64,000 nucleotides of DNA from Felis catus (lineage: Eukaryota). Location: the NCBI RefSeq assembly GCF_018350175.1, contig NC_058383.1, forward strand, positions 20,896,001 to 20,960,000, in the 5' to 3' direction. The notes under the pieces were generated by a model. The model was not told the origin of the DNA. It made no database searches and saw nothing but the letters and a program-made list of their open reading frames with translations. A program made the translations under genes and the position numbers. Numbering within the stretch: position 1 is the first letter of the stretch; each line of letters opens with the position of its first letter. This document shows, in pieces, positions 13,090 to 26,339 of this stretch.

Positions 13090-13472
13090 CAGATCTAGAA
13101 ATGGATGGGGGTGGGGGCTGCGTAACACCGTGAATGTACTTAATGCCCCTCTGAATTGGACTCTTAAAAATGGCGAAATGGTCAAATGGTGGGGCAGCGT
13201 GGGTGGCTCAGTCGGTTGAGTGTCCGACTCAGGTCATGATCTCACAGTTCGTGGGATCCAGCCCTGCATCAAGCTCTGCCCTGACAACATGCAGCCTGCT
13301 TGGGATTCTCTCTCTCCCCCCGCCCTTTCCTCTGTCCCTCCCCCTAACCCACTTGAGCTCACTCTCTCTCTCAAAATAAAACAAAATAAACATCTGGAAA
13401 AAGGAAATTTCGGCTTGAACTCAGGTGAAGACGGTAAATTTTGTGTGATGGGTATTTTATCACAGCAAAAAA
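13090..13472 (+). mobile_element. L1MB-like 3' end fragment split by a Can-SINE (13191-13390)
   Basis: gtgaatgtacttaatgcc...cttaaaaatgg, then ggtaaattttgtgtgatgggtattttatcac after the SINE. Confidence 0.75.
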
Positions 13473-13519
13473 GTTCACAAGTATCTTTCCTCCGAGTGTC
13501 AAAATATAGCAGCCTGAGT

Positions 13520-14013
13520 GCCCGCATTACCACAAATTCTTTATTAGTCCTGTTTTTCGCTGCCGCCTTGTCCTCTCCTTCCATATCGCCCGTTTCTCCC
13601 CCAAAAGCGGCTGGAGCTTCCAAATGGCTCCAGTGTCTCGAAAGCAGGAAAACTGTCACGAGGCCACGGGCACAAAAAACCTACAACTGGTGTGTTTACC
13701 GAAGTTCTGGCGGAGAGCAAAAAATGTGATTTTCGGTGACAACCGCCATCAACGGAGGGGACGTTGAGAACAGGGGACGGGGAAGCCAGACCCCCATGGT
13801 TCTAACTGCGACAACTGTAAATACAAGCAATAGTCAGTGGCTTCAAAACCGGAGCCATTCTGGAAAAGCATCAGAAGGTTGGAAAAGGAGTCACAAGCTA
13901 CAAATAAAAGCAGCGGTGACTTAAAGAGATAATTAGATCGGCAAAAAGAAACACGGTGGAAAATTGAAAAGAATCCTTTCGCTGACGATGACATCTTCAC
14001 ACATGTCCGCAAT
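13520..14013 (-). other. Putative terminal exon (mostly 3' UTR) of an unidentified minus-strand transcript
   Basis: Minus strand: ctttcttttttcccttcgtattttgtag|ATTGCGGAC acceptor at 14013/14014; unique U-rich body; AATAAA at 13540-13545; 3' end approximate. Confidence 0.55.
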
Positions 14014-14899
14014 CTACAAAATACGAAGGGAAAAAAGAAAGCGGGGTTCCTCCGATACGAGAAATTGGAAGCAAGGCAGACTAGCTAAATACCCCAATCC
14101 TTTTTTTTTTTCCCAAAGAAAGGGGGAGAAAGAGGGGTAGATTAGGTTTTGGGTTAAGTAGGGAAGAAAATGCTGTCACAATGCAAGCATCTGGTAAGAG
14201 ACCCAATACCACTGAAACAGACAAGCTATCACCACACAGAACTAAAATAAAATCTAGGAGAAGTATTTTTAAACAATTAAGCCAGTCTTAACTGGCTATC
14301 AGTCTTAGATAGCTTGATTTCATACACTCGTGTTTGCAAAAATGCATGAGTCTGCTCTATCGTAACCTACCGGGACCTTCTAATTGAATAAAACCTCATT
14401 AATTCCCAAAGAGGTCGGAACATTAACAAAAGCTGGTATTTCATTTGCTTGCATGGGATTATCCCGTATTTTTATTAAAGAAAGAACCACGGGCTATCCA
14501 AGTCGCTTCAAGGTGCATCCTTCTCTCACTAATCTGGCGCTGCTTTAATCAAGTTTGCTTCCAAATCACCCTCAGACACCAGAGACGTCAGCAGACAGAT
14601 AGAGGGGGTTGGCAGGGTAACCTGATCAAGTGTGATATGTTTTTCTTACAAATTGAATTCCAAAGCACACGGTTAAGATCCGACAGCGGAGAAAATCTAA
14701 GCGTGAGCTGGAGAGAATTGATGTGAAACACACAGAACAGGCAGGAGGCGGACAGACAGCTCGTGGCAAGGGGACCCTGTGCCACGGAGCCCACGGGCAG
14801 AGTTCCGGGATGCAGAGCAAACAGGCACCAGCCAAAGACCCAGTGGGTGTTTCTCTCTGGCAGCTACGTGTGTGTTGGTTTCTCTGTATGGTTAACATT

Positions 14900-15141
14900 T
14901 TTTTATGTTTCTAATTTTCTACTTATTTTTTTATTTTTTGAAGTCTATTTATTTATTTTGAGAGAGAGAGCGAGTGGGGTGGGGGCAGGGAGAGAGAGAG
15001 GGAGAGGAAGGCCCCCAAGCAGGCTGCACTGTCAGTGCAGAGCCCGATGCAGGGCTCAAACTCACGAACCACGAGATGGTGACCCGGACCTCGTGAGATC
15101 GAGGGTCGGACACTTAACCAACTGAGCCACCCGGGCGCCCC
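14900..15141 (-). mobile_element. Can-SINE
   Basis: Reverse-strand head and tail. Confidence 0.88.
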
Positions 15142-15343
15142 GTGGGGTTACCGGTTTTTAGAGGGCAAAGCAAGAAGGGAGAAAACCCGAGATGAAGAGG
15201 TCTATAGAGTATTTTCAGCCCGGTACCCCAAAAAATAACCCAAAGGGGAGAAAGAGAATTGTACGTTATCGTTAAACATCTCTGTGCAGGCAGTGAAGGA
15301 AAACAATAATGCTGAATTTTACATTAAGAGTGCAGCAAACACT

Positions 15344-15553
15344 GGGGGTGCCTGGGTGGCTCAGTCGGTCAAGCATCTGACTCCTGGTTTCGGCTCAGGT
15401 CATGATCTCACAGTTTTGTGAGTTCAAGTCCCGCGTGCGGCTCTGAGCTGACAGCACAAGGCTTGCTTGGGATTCTCTCTCTCCCTCCCTCTCTCTGCCC
15501 CTCCCCCACTTGCACTGTCTCTGTCTCTCTCAAAATAAACTTAAAAAAAAAAA
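15344..15553 (+). mobile_element. Can-SINE
   Basis: Head, CT tract, A-tail. Confidence 0.9.
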
Positions 15554-16101
15554 AGAGTACAGCGCCGAGTGGTTAAAACCCTGGGCAAGAGGATCGAGTG
15601 ACCCAGACTGAGATCTCGAATACACCACTTGCTAGCTGCCTGATCTCGGATAAGTTACAGGCTCACGCGACACCCTCGATTCTGTGCCTGTCGGTGCAGG
15701 TCACGATAGCTTCCATCCCGAGGGCAGGTGACGTCGACAGGAGTTTGGAGGGCAGCTCAGGTGTCCACGAACCAGACAGGAGCCACGTGTGAGCAAAGGT
15801 TCTATCAGAAAGACAACTGGGAAGGAAAAACGGAACCTCAAGAGCAAAAGGACAGAAGTGAGACCCTGCTTTCCAAAGGAAGGGCTGGGGAGGAAGCTGG
15901 AAGGGACAGTGCAGAAATAGAGACGCCATTAAGAGATGCAATTCATCAAGAGAATTCCCAGTGAGGGAGCCCAGTAATTAGGAAGGTGTATGTGTATGGG
16001 AATCTCCAAAGAAAACCCCAAAAGCAACAGTGAGCGAAAGAGCCTGCTTCAAACATCTGCCAATTCCAGAAAGTGCTGAGAGCAGTTCAGTCAAGTAAAC
16101 A

Positions 16102-16142
<41 letters not shown>

Positions 16143-16639
16143 CTCCCCCGGGCCCTCTCCGACCCTGGAGAAAGGCAGAAACTGCGGCCAGTAAGTGGAG
16201 GAGGGGGGGGGGGGAAGGAGGTGGTCACCCCTCCTCCGTGTAACCAAGCTGCCTCGTACGTAGCAAGCTCCAGAAACCAAGTTCAAAGTTTTAGCAGCTT
16301 CTCTGGATGGACTGGATATTTTAATTACTGATGTGCAGCGGAGTTTTATGACTTACAGGGGCTGCAGGACCTTCTATTACCGAACAGATACCCAAAGGTC
16401 AGTAGGGCCTTCCGGAATTTTCAGCCAGAGGCCACAATAGAACCAGCCCACTGAGTAACTCTAAAGAGACAACGGAAGACAAACATAAAGCTACTTTAGG
16501 ATTGCATCAGACAAATCATGCTGCTTTAACATAACGGTTAAATGCTTTAAGCAAAAGAGACAGAGACAAATGATATAGATATATGGATATGAATATGAAC
16601 AGAGGTGATACAGAAACATAGAAATGGAGATAGAAATAT

Positions 16640-17033
16640 CGTCAACTGATTACATGAGGCCCACCCACATTGCAGCAGGTAACTGACTATTCAAAGTCTA
16701 CTGTTTTTTTTTTTTTCAACGTTTATTTATTTTTGGGGGGGGGGGACAGAGAGAGACAGAGCATGAACGGGGGAGGGGCAGAGAGAGAGGGAGACACAGA
16801 ATCGGAAACAGGCTCCAGGCTCTGAGCCATCAGCCCAGAGCCCGATACGGGGCTCGAACTCACAGACCGCGAGATCGTGACCTGGCTGAAGTTGGACGCT
16901 CAACCGACTGCGCCACCCAGGCGCCCCCAAAGTCTACTGTTTTAACTGTTAATCACATCGAAAAGAATATGCCTTCCCAGCGACATTTAGACTGGTGGTT
17001 GGCCAAAGTTGACACATAAAATTAACCCTCACA
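16640..17033 (-). mobile_element. MLT2-like LTR fragment split by a young SINE
   Basis: aagttgacacataaaattaaccctcaca is the reverse complement of the MLT2 5' start. Confidence 0.7.
16704..16928 (-). mobile_element. Young SINEC_Fc-type SINE
   Basis: Full element; TSD caaagtctactgtttt on both sides. Confidence 0.95.
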
Positions 17034-17329
17034 ACAGCCAGGAAAATTCAGCCTCTGCTTTTATTCGAGCTGTGAAAGAAGTGAACTTTCTCCTTCCGGC
17101 TGTCTTTGAGCCTGAACGAGCGTCCAGGTAGAAAATTTAGGGCAGAAGACAAGAGGTGCTAAGGGAGGACTTGAGGCAATGCCCCAGAGAGGTCCCACGT
17201 CAGGGGGCCAGTCAGCCCTTGCTGAGCTGACAGCCTCAGAGGTGGCCACCACAAACCAAACAGCCAAAGTCCCTGGACACTGTCTGGTGAGGCCAACAAG
17301 TTCTGAAACGTGTATAAGAGATGTCAGAT

Positions 17330-17527
17330 GGGGGGCACCCGGGGGGGTCCGTCAGTCAAGCGTCTGACTCTGGTTTTGGCTCAGGTCATGATCTCACGGT
17401 TTGTGAGTTCGAGCCCCACAACGGGCTCTGTGCTGGGAATGCAGTCTGCTTAGATTTTCCCTTTCTCCCTCTCACTCTGCCCCTCCCCTGCCCTCTCCCA
17501 AAATAGGTAAGTAAACTTTAAAAAAAG
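17330..17527 (+). mobile_element. Can-SINE
   Basis: Diverged head and tail; TSD-like agatgtca. Confidence 0.85.
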
Positions 17528-17732
17528 ATGTCAAGTGCGCCTTTTAAAAACTACCTAGGCTTTATAAAAGTATGCAGCAATATGTATATAGAGTATACTT
17601 ATACAGCCATATACACATAAACGTTTATATCTATGTATGTCTATATGTATATGTGTGTCACATTTTTTTTTCAAAAATCTAATTTAGGGAAAAATCAAAT
17701 AGCATAAAAAAAATCTATTGAAAAATAAGTCT

Positions 17733-17964
17733 CGGGGCGCCTGGGTGGCGCAGTCGGTTAAGCGTCCGACTTCAGCCAGGTCACGATCTCGCGGTCCGGG
17801 AGTTCGAGCCCCGCGTCGGGCTCTGGGCTGATGATGGCTCAGAGCCTGGAGCCTGTTTCCGATTCTGTGTCTCCCTCTCTCCCTGCCCCTCCCCCGTTCA
17901 TGCTCTGTCTCTCTCTGTCCCAAAAATAAATAAACGTTGAAAAAAAAAATTAAAAAAAAAAAAA
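17733..17964 (+). mobile_element. Young SINEC_Fc-type SINE
   Basis: Full element; TSD gaaaaataagtctc. Confidence 0.95.
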
Positions 17965-20900
17965 GAAAAATAAGTCTCCTTCCCACCCATGACACACAAT
18001 CCACTGAGCCCCCCCTAAGAGTCAAATACGGTTTCCAATTTCTTACCTTCCTCCGGGACTATCCTAACCATAAGTAAGTGTGTGCCTGTATAGATCTCTT
18101 TCGATGCAAATGGAAACCTACCGTATATACTGTGCTTCGTTTTAGTTGTTTCCCCTTAAAATATACCTAGGAAATCATACCATATTGGCATATGGGAGGC
18201 TACACAATTTCTTTTCAGGGCTACACATTTCTTAACTTGCCCCCCATCCATGAACATGTAGGTTATGTCTATGTATCTCTTGGTGATTTTATCAATACCC
18301 GTGACATAACGTGTATTTATATTGTATATACTAATACGTTTTCATATACGTGAAATATGTTTCACGTATTTATATTAACGTTATTTAATTTTATGCTGCA
18401 TCGTTACTACATATGCAAAACCCTTAAAGAGAAGGCAGACAGTGAACAAAAAAGCTGATTATTTTCTAAGGAAGGAAACTTACTCAGAGAATTCATCCAT
18501 CCCCTGGTAGGCAGTTTGATTAAGACCCGAGAGTGACGGGCACGGCCTTCCTTGCTACGTTGTGTTGTGTTAAGGTAATCAGGAGCGACGAGTTGTTTCC
18601 TGATGGTTCAGGAGACCAGTCCGTCTTTGGGGAAAGCACTCAGTTTTCAGAGCCCACAGACCTGGGCTGGGGTCTTCGCTCCGCCATCTGCCGGGCAGTG
18701 GGGGAGGGAGGGGGTGACTTAACCCCTTGGAACCTCAGTTCCGTCACCTGTAGAAAGGGTATTGCCTGAGAATGTGGGAGGATGAAACAGGGAAACATGA
18801 AGCAATGTACTTAAGCCGTGTGTCATCAATAAATCAGTCCCCTCTTCCATCCGTCACGCCCCTCCGGGGGTCCTCTCTGGGGAACACGTGTTTGTTTAGC
18901 CACCACGGCCGGATGACAGGTAGCCAAGAACACAGGGACAGACTGGTACAGGTTCCTCTGTGTACTGCTGAGAAGCACGTGTTTCCGTGTGTGTCCCGTC
19001 CACCCCTGCCTACCAGGTCCCAGGCACTGCTAGTCCCTGGGATTTCCCAAACGAATAAACCTCCAAGGATTTCCAAGGTGAGTAAACCAAGTAAAGAGGA
19101 AAATCAATGATGATATATTATGTGGTGTCACTCCTACGCGAGTTGGCACAAAACACGACGAATGCAGAGGTTTAAGGAAAGGCCGGGCAAGTGGCACCGA
19201 AGGAGAAGGTCCCTGCCCCAGATGTCCCCAGGGAAGGAGAAGGGCAAGTTAGTGATGGGGGGAGAGAAGGAGCTCTTCGTGAACTTGGAACCCCACTGGT
19301 CTATCCTCCATAGTCCCGCTATCTGCTCTGTTTCTACCCTTGGCCCACACCACGTGTTCCCAACACAGGAGCAAGTAAATGCTGTTAAGGCAGGAAGACA
19401 ATCATTTTTCTCCACTGTCTTCCCGCCTCACTCAGAAGAAAAGCCAGAGTCTCTATACGATGAGCTTCCATTTCCTACTTGATCCACACCTCCCTCCTGC
19501 AAGTTCCTCAAACCCATCAGGCACATTTCCACCTCAGGGCCTTGGCACCTGCTGTCTCCTCTTCCCGGAATGCTCCTCCCCCAAGTATCCACAAGGCTTA
19601 TTCTCGAACCCCTATCTTTCTCCGGAGTATTCTCATCTCCGATCATAGTATTTCATTTATTTAGCGGTTCGGCGCATAAGCTTGAGATCTGCCGTGCTTT
19701 GTGTTGCATCCGCGATGCCTAACACATGGAAAGCAAACAATAAATATTTGCTGGAAAAAAAACCAGCGATTAGTGAATCCTGGCAAAGCAATGGAGGTGT
19801 GAAGGATATTGGCAGGTTTGGGGTAAAACAGAAGCCTAGAGAAACAAACAAAACAGATAAGGCGGGACAGGAAATTCTGTTCATTCTAAGGTTGTGTTGG
19901 CTGCAACATTGAGTTCGCTCCCCAGTGTGCAGGGACTATAAACATAGGCCACCCAGAATCCCTACCCACGTTTCAGGGGCGTATGGGAGACGCCTCAGGC
20001 TCTTCCCAGGAAAAGCGGGAAAGGAAGGGGTGCTGGGGGGTCGGAAGGTGTTAAAATAAGGCATAAAGCATCAGTTAAGCAATACCTATGGGGAAATGTA
20101 ACTTAAAATGAGACCACACACACTTGGGGGGGGGGGGCGGTTATAGTTTGTTGCTAAAAATAGCATGCATCACTCAGCAGAGCTGGGTAAACATGACTCA
20201 GCCCCCGAGACGTGAAGAGACTTAGGCAGGATCCAGAAGAAGGTATTTTAGAGCTGAGACGCTCTTGTGCCCACGAGAGGAAGGTGGCCCTAGGGAAGAG
20301 GAGAAGGACACGTGGGTGAGGACCAGAGACAAAAGGGAACACACTGTGCCCTGTGCAACTGAGAACATCCTGAGCAGAGGACCCGACCGCTGTTTCTCCC
20401 GTGGGCCATCAGCACAGGACTGAACAACAAGACATAGACAATATGGTTGCAATTCAACAGAAGACCAGACCCCCGGGCTGGGAGAAGGAGGCCGACTTCT
20501 TGGACAGGGAATCGCTGCTGGTCCCTAAGCGGGGACGCACCCAGGCGCTGCACGAACCAGACTCTTGAACTCGTCTTATTCCCATAATAAATACGGGGCT
20601 AGGACTACACCAGGCGTTCAGAGATAAACAGCCTCTGCCTTCAAGGACTATGGACGGGTGCAGAGACCTAACAAAAAGGAGGCGGAGTCCTTATCGTATT
20701 AGAAAGGAGCCTGGCCGAAGAGAACAGGAGAGAGGCAAGTATTTTGGCCTCGCCGAAGGCTCCTCCAGGGGAGGTCTTACCAGAGCTGGGTTTTGAAGCA
20801 TACCTAGGAGTTTGCCATCGGAGAAGAGGAGGAAGGGCGTTCCATGCAAAGGTAAAAGCTATGAGCAAACTACCTGAAGACCAGTGAAGACAGCGGAAAG

Positions 20901-21779
20901 TGACCGCGGGGTGCGTGCGCGTGGGAGAAGGGTGGCTTCGTGCCCACAGCTGGAGACGGGACACATGAGCTTGTGCCAAGCTAGGGGCTCTGGAGCGGAT
21001 TCTGGCCCTGGTGGATAGCCAGAGAGGGTCTGCAGGCAGGCAGATACGACCGGACTGGTGCAGGAAGGGCTTTTTCCCACTCCACCGTATACCGAGCCCT
21101 GGGGTTTTTAATGACAGAATCCACGTCCCTTCAGCCACAGAACATTCTGCAGTCAGATGCTGCCTCCTTTTATGGGAGGGCAAGAGGCAAGCAGCAGCTG
21201 CTCATCCTGCAGACACTTGCCAGCAACACCCATTGTTCAGATCCATCCTCTAGAAGCCTCCGTATTGATGTCCCGCGAGCTCGGGGGGCCCTCCGCAAAA
21301 CCACCCTCCGGCACATCAAACAGACAGCACGGCCAAGGTCCTCGCGGAGCAACAGAGCGCAATGCAATTCCGCTCCTGGAACCCTTGACAGATCAATCTG
21401 CCAGTGTGCACACTGCCCATCAACGTGGTGGCTACCACGGCACGGCAGTCCAGACCCCAAGGCCCCCGCATAAATAACATCCTATTCAGTCGGTGTGAAC
21501 AGAGAAAAACCCTGGGACGCATAATCTCGCCGAAGAAAAATAACAAGAGTCACCAGACCTGAGGCTACGGGCTAGCAGGGGTATTATGCAGCAAGGTCCC
21601 TGTGTCCCTGGAAATTCAGTGCTGCCTGAGAAAAAGGACAGGAGGCGGCATGTACATTGTAACATGCAAAGAGACACTACTGTCAGCCAAGGGGCCCATC
21701 AAGATGATGAATGCAAAACTATGCAACAAATAAATCAAGGAGGTGGGGGGGGGGGTGGAAGAAGAGGTCCGGACAGGTA

Positions 21780-22020
21780 ATAGTAAGTAACACTATTGCA
21801 CCCTGCCAGCCGGATGCCACACGCTGTTCCACTGTTCCGGGCACTTTGCACACATTGTATCGTTGGATCCTCACCATGAGGGAGGAGCCCTTACTTAGTA
21901 TCCTCACTTAGACGTAAGGAAACCGAGGCACAGAGAGACTAAGTAATCTGTCCACGGTCACAGAGCTCCTAAGTAACAGAGCCCAAATGGAAAGGCAGCC
22001 TTTCCGGCTTCAGAGCTCAG
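21780..22020 (-). mobile_element. MIR
   Basis: Core ggaaaccgaggcacagagagactaagtaatctgtccacggtcacagag. Confidence 0.75.
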
Positions 22021-23006
22021 AGGGGCAAACCACCCCCGCGAGGGAAGAGACCGTTTCAATGCCCCCAGCTCTACACCTCAGCCTCTCGGACAGTTGCTTC
22101 ATCCTTCGAACCTTGGTTTGGGCAACGGTGAGGTGAAGGTGTTGACGGTGTTCATCTGAGCAGGTCTCGAACCGTTAAGTGAGCACGTGCACACGGTGGC
22201 TAGTAGATGTGCACTGAATCCCAAACAGAGAAGCCCCCCAAAGAGCTCTCGCAGTGGCTATTTAACTCGAGTTTTAGAATGCACACTTACTAAACATGAA
22301 TCGCTTCCCAGGAAGTGCCTCATTTAAGCCGCTCGCCCTTGCCCGCCGATCGCCCTGGATGAAACCCACTTACCTACCCCCACGGCCACGGCGATTCTCA
22401 GTGTCAAAACCTTCAGATCCTGGGGTATTTCTCCTAGGGCAGGTCCACTCCCTAGGGCTCCCCTACGAGAGCCCTAGAAGACTGACATCTGGGATGACAC
22501 TGTGCCCTGCAAAAAAGCCAATCATAACAGGTCTCTGAATGATGTTCTAAGCCCCAAGATACTCTGAGATTCACCAAGAGTTCAGCAAGACTGGCTGAAA
22601 AGGAAGGACGACTCAACTATGAAGTCAGCACAAAACCTTCTCCTTCTGGACAGCCAGCATTTCAAGACATTTCTGGTTTGTCAATTTGCAAATATCCCCA
22701 CATGCACAAAGAACCTCCTATTTTCGAATTCAGCGATATTGATCAAGGCTCTATTAAGGGCCCACGCCCATTCTAGGTACCAGAACTGAAAAGATTAATA
22801 AGGTACGGTGGCCCTGTCTTCAAGGATCTGTTAATATTAAGGAGAAAAATGCACAGCCAAGGTAAATTCCGTGTTTTAAGCATTCCATGGTATTAAGAAC
22901 AAAATGCTGTGAGGCTGGACAGAACAGGAGCATTTCGATCTGCCTTGGGGAGGGGTCAGTTCATGCAGACTCCCTCCCAAGCGATAGGCTACAAAAGGCT
23001 GCCAAA

Positions 23007-23215
23007 GGGGCACTGGGTGGCTCAGTCGGTGAAGCGTCCAACTTCGGCCCAGGTCATGAACTCGCTGCTTGTAGGTTCGAGCCCGGCGTCGGGCTCTGTG
23101 CTGACAGCTCGGAGCCCGGCACCTGCTTCGGATTCTGGGTCTCCCTCTCTCTCCGCCCCTCCCCTGCTACACACTCTGTCTCTCTCTCTCAAAAATAAAT
23201 AATAAACATTAAAAC
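23007..23215 (+). mobile_element. Can-SINE
   Basis: Head, CT tract, A-tail. Confidence 0.9.
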
Positions 23216-24590
23216 CTTTTCTCAGTTAAAAGAAAAAATAAGATCGCCAAAGCTCAGTGGTAAAAACACGAAGGTCCTGGCACGAAGGAGCACAGACGCC
23301 AGCCTGGACCGAACAGAGACATTTTCAAAGCTTGCGGAGATCCCGTCTGGGAATGGAACTGGGAGGTGTAGGCAGACGAGGAACCAGACAGCTCTGTGTG
23401 ACATTTAGTTGCCCTACACCCCCCGCGAGTACTTGTGGAACGCACATACGTGTGGTTGGAGGCGTGCACAGTTATATTTGGTGGTCTCATCCAACGTCTT
23501 CATTTTCCTAATGGACGGCCTCCATATCGACTCCTGGTCGCGAAACTTCTACGAGACCCTTCGATTTCCCGTACCTTTCGGATCCACCTGCCTCGCGGAG
23601 TGGGACACAGCATCTCTGCCCTTGGTCTGCCAAACGCGTCCCCTGCCACTGCCATTTCCCTGTCCCCTGACGTCACAGCCACCTTTGATTCCCCGGCTCG
23701 CATTAGACTTGTAACATTACAGGTGTGAAAACGAAATGTCAAATTTTTCTCACTCTCTCTCAAAAGAGAATGGTGAGGCAGTAAGACACGATGAATTCCT
23801 CAGACTTAAATGTCTCTCACTTTTCAAAGCCTCTTTCTAGAATTTCTAAAGACGGGGGGCCTCCCCGGGCCGCCTTGGCTTTTACAGTTCGCGTTTCCAT
23901 GCTTTGGTGGAAAGGTTAAGATTTGGGAATAAAAGCCTGCAAGAAGGCACACAACTAATATTTGCTCAGTGCTTATTATGTGCCCGAAACAGCAACTATT
24001 TTCAGCCCATTAAAACCCGGCAAGGCGACGATGATGATCTAAGTGCTGCACATGACAAAACCAAAGATCAGAGAGGCTCAGGAACTCACCCAGGATCGCA
24101 CAGCTCAGATGCAGAATTCAAACAAATAGCTGACACCAAAGCACAGGCCTTTTCCACCGGAACCTTCTGGTAAGATGATAGCAAAGGGTTAGCGGTGACG
24201 CACTCAGAGTCATGTTCTGCATGACAAAAAGCAGACATGACGCTTTCTTCAGAGCCCAGTTACCATCTACCAGAATTTGTCGGGACGGGAATACTCCAGA
24301 ACTGGAGTCAGCAAGCCACCGCCTGCCCGCCACATCCAGCCTGCTCCCACGTTCCGTCCACAAAGTTTTCTTTCACGCCTCAGTGCGGAGCTGAGTGGTT
24401 GTGACAGAGGCCACAGGACTCAGAAAGCCTAGAATACCTGCCATCTGTCCCTGTGGAGGAAAAGCTGGCCAGGCCCTGGGCCACGAGCATCATTCCATCT
24501 TCCAGCAAGTGCTGTTCGAAACCGACGAGAACAGAGGTGGGGGTGGGGGGAGGAATGGTAGAAAAGCACCAGTGAAAACGCGCCGAGCGC

Positions 24591-25040
24591 TGTGAGAGTT
24601 AATTTTACAGGTCAACTTGACCGGGTTCAGGGAAGCTCAGAGAGCTGGTCCAGCACCGTTTCTGGGGGTGTCTGTGGGGGGGGTGCCTGGAGCAGACTGA
24701 GCCAGTGCGCCGAGTTAAGAAGACCTACCCTGGCCACCATGCAATCGGCGGAGGGTCCGGATGGAACAGAAAAGCAGAGGGAGAGCGATTTCCCGCCCTC
24801 TTTTTGAGGCGGGACGGCCACCTTCTCCGGTCCTTGGACATCAGAGCCCAGTTCTCCGGCCTTCAGACCGGGACGGAATTGATTACACCCTCTGTTTTCT
24901 CGGATCTCCAACCTACAGATGACAGAGCAGGGGACTTCTCGGCTTTCACAATCACATAAGCCGATTCCTAGAGTCAATCTCCCCTTAAAATATATCTACA
25001 TACGTCCTAGAGGTTCCGTTTGTCTGGAAAGCCCTCTCCC
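24591..25040 (+). mobile_element. MLT2-like solo LTR (ERVL)
   Basis: Starts tgtgagagttaattttacaggtcaacttgac; ends ggttccgtttgtctggaaagccct. Confidence 0.8.
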
Positions 25041-25109
25041 AAGCTCCTACCGCATATGCTCGATATGACCGCTACCGTCCTCCAGGCTGGGCACCACAGA
25101 GAGGGCCTC

Positions 25110-25620
25110 ACTCTCTCAACAGATATTTACTGGGTACCTGAGCACCTGCTATGTACCAGGGACTAGAGCGGGTGACGGGGAGATGGTGATGAACAGCAGC
25201 TGCATATTCTAGTGAGACACATACCTCCTCAGCTCTGCTCCAAAGAATTTACATGGGGTATCCAAATTGGAAAAACTCAGCGTAAGGAGGGCAGGAAGAG
25301 AATCTAAAGACGCTGAATTCTGCTGATGGGATGGAGGAAGAAGCAACTGGTTCTTTCCATGGAAGACGAGGAAAGCTTTCTGTGGTGACACCCAAACAGG
25401 GGATTAACGTACGGTTTGCCGAAGGGAGAAGAGGAGGGAAGGTGCGCGGAGCAGCTAGAAGAGGCTGTGCAAAGGTCCTGAGGGAGGAAATCATTTAGCA
25501 CGTTAAGTCGACGACAAAGCGCCCCCCTGTGGCTGCAGCAGACAGGGCACTGGAGGGGGAAGGGCAGAGGACACAGTTTCAACACGGCAGGCTGATGGCA
25601 GGGTCTGCAGACAAGCTCGA
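25110..25620 (-). mobile_element. L2 fragment
   Basis: caacagatatttactggg...acctgctatgtaccagg; gtgcaaaggtcctgaggg. Confidence 0.6.
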
Positions 25621-25919
25621 CAGGTTCAGTCCTAACTGTGTCAATCCTGGTTCAAATCCTGGATGTGGGATGGTGGTCTGTGACTTCTGTACCCACCTCT
25701 GACAGTCGAGGGCACAAAGTGAAAACGCACTTAAAGCACTTTGCTCAGCCCCTGACACATCGTAAGCACTGAATACTCACTTTCGTACTTACTATTATCG
25801 TATCAGAGCTGACAGTAATTCCCACAAACTACCTGCTGTTCATAAACTGCCACATTCAGCCTCCACTGATGCTGAAAAGTATCAGGGAGTATGTACCCGG
25901 ATGAAACGTACGGATCTAG

Positions 25920-26140
25920 GCTGCAGTGGAAAGTGAGCCCAAATCCAGACACCACCCCCCACTTCCTTGCTGTGTGGCCTGAGAGAAGTTGCCTAACCTC
26001 TCTGTGCCTTAGTCTCTCGATCTGGAAACTGGGGATGATACCAAAACCAACCTTCCAACGTGGTCGTAGGACCAAATGAGACAGTCACGTAAGCACACAA
26101 CACAATGCCTGCCACATCGGTGGTCAGTAATGTTGGCTAT
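25920..26140 (+). mobile_element. MIR
   Basis: aacctctctgtgccttagtctctcgatctggaaactggggatgata core and aatgttggctatt tail. Confidence 0.8.
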
Positions 26141-26246
26141 TCGCTTACCCTCAAGGTCATTGCTACCTGAGAGAAAGAACATGCCTTCCTCTTCACACTC
26201 CTGGTGGAGGAGTGAGGACTTCTATCCCTTTCTTGGTAAAAAGCAT

Positions 26247-26308
26247 TTTTTTTAATGTTTATTTTTGAGAGAGACAAAGCACAAGCAGGTCAGGGGTGGG
26301 GGGAGAGC

Positions 26309-26339
<31 letters not shown>

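Noticed and set aside
13531..13680. 150-nt open phase-0 'exon' on minus (VFCARG...NKEFV)
   Set aside because: Weak acceptor tract and weak GTAATG donor; it contains the AATAAA and fits better as part of the terminal exon UTR. Not fully excluded.
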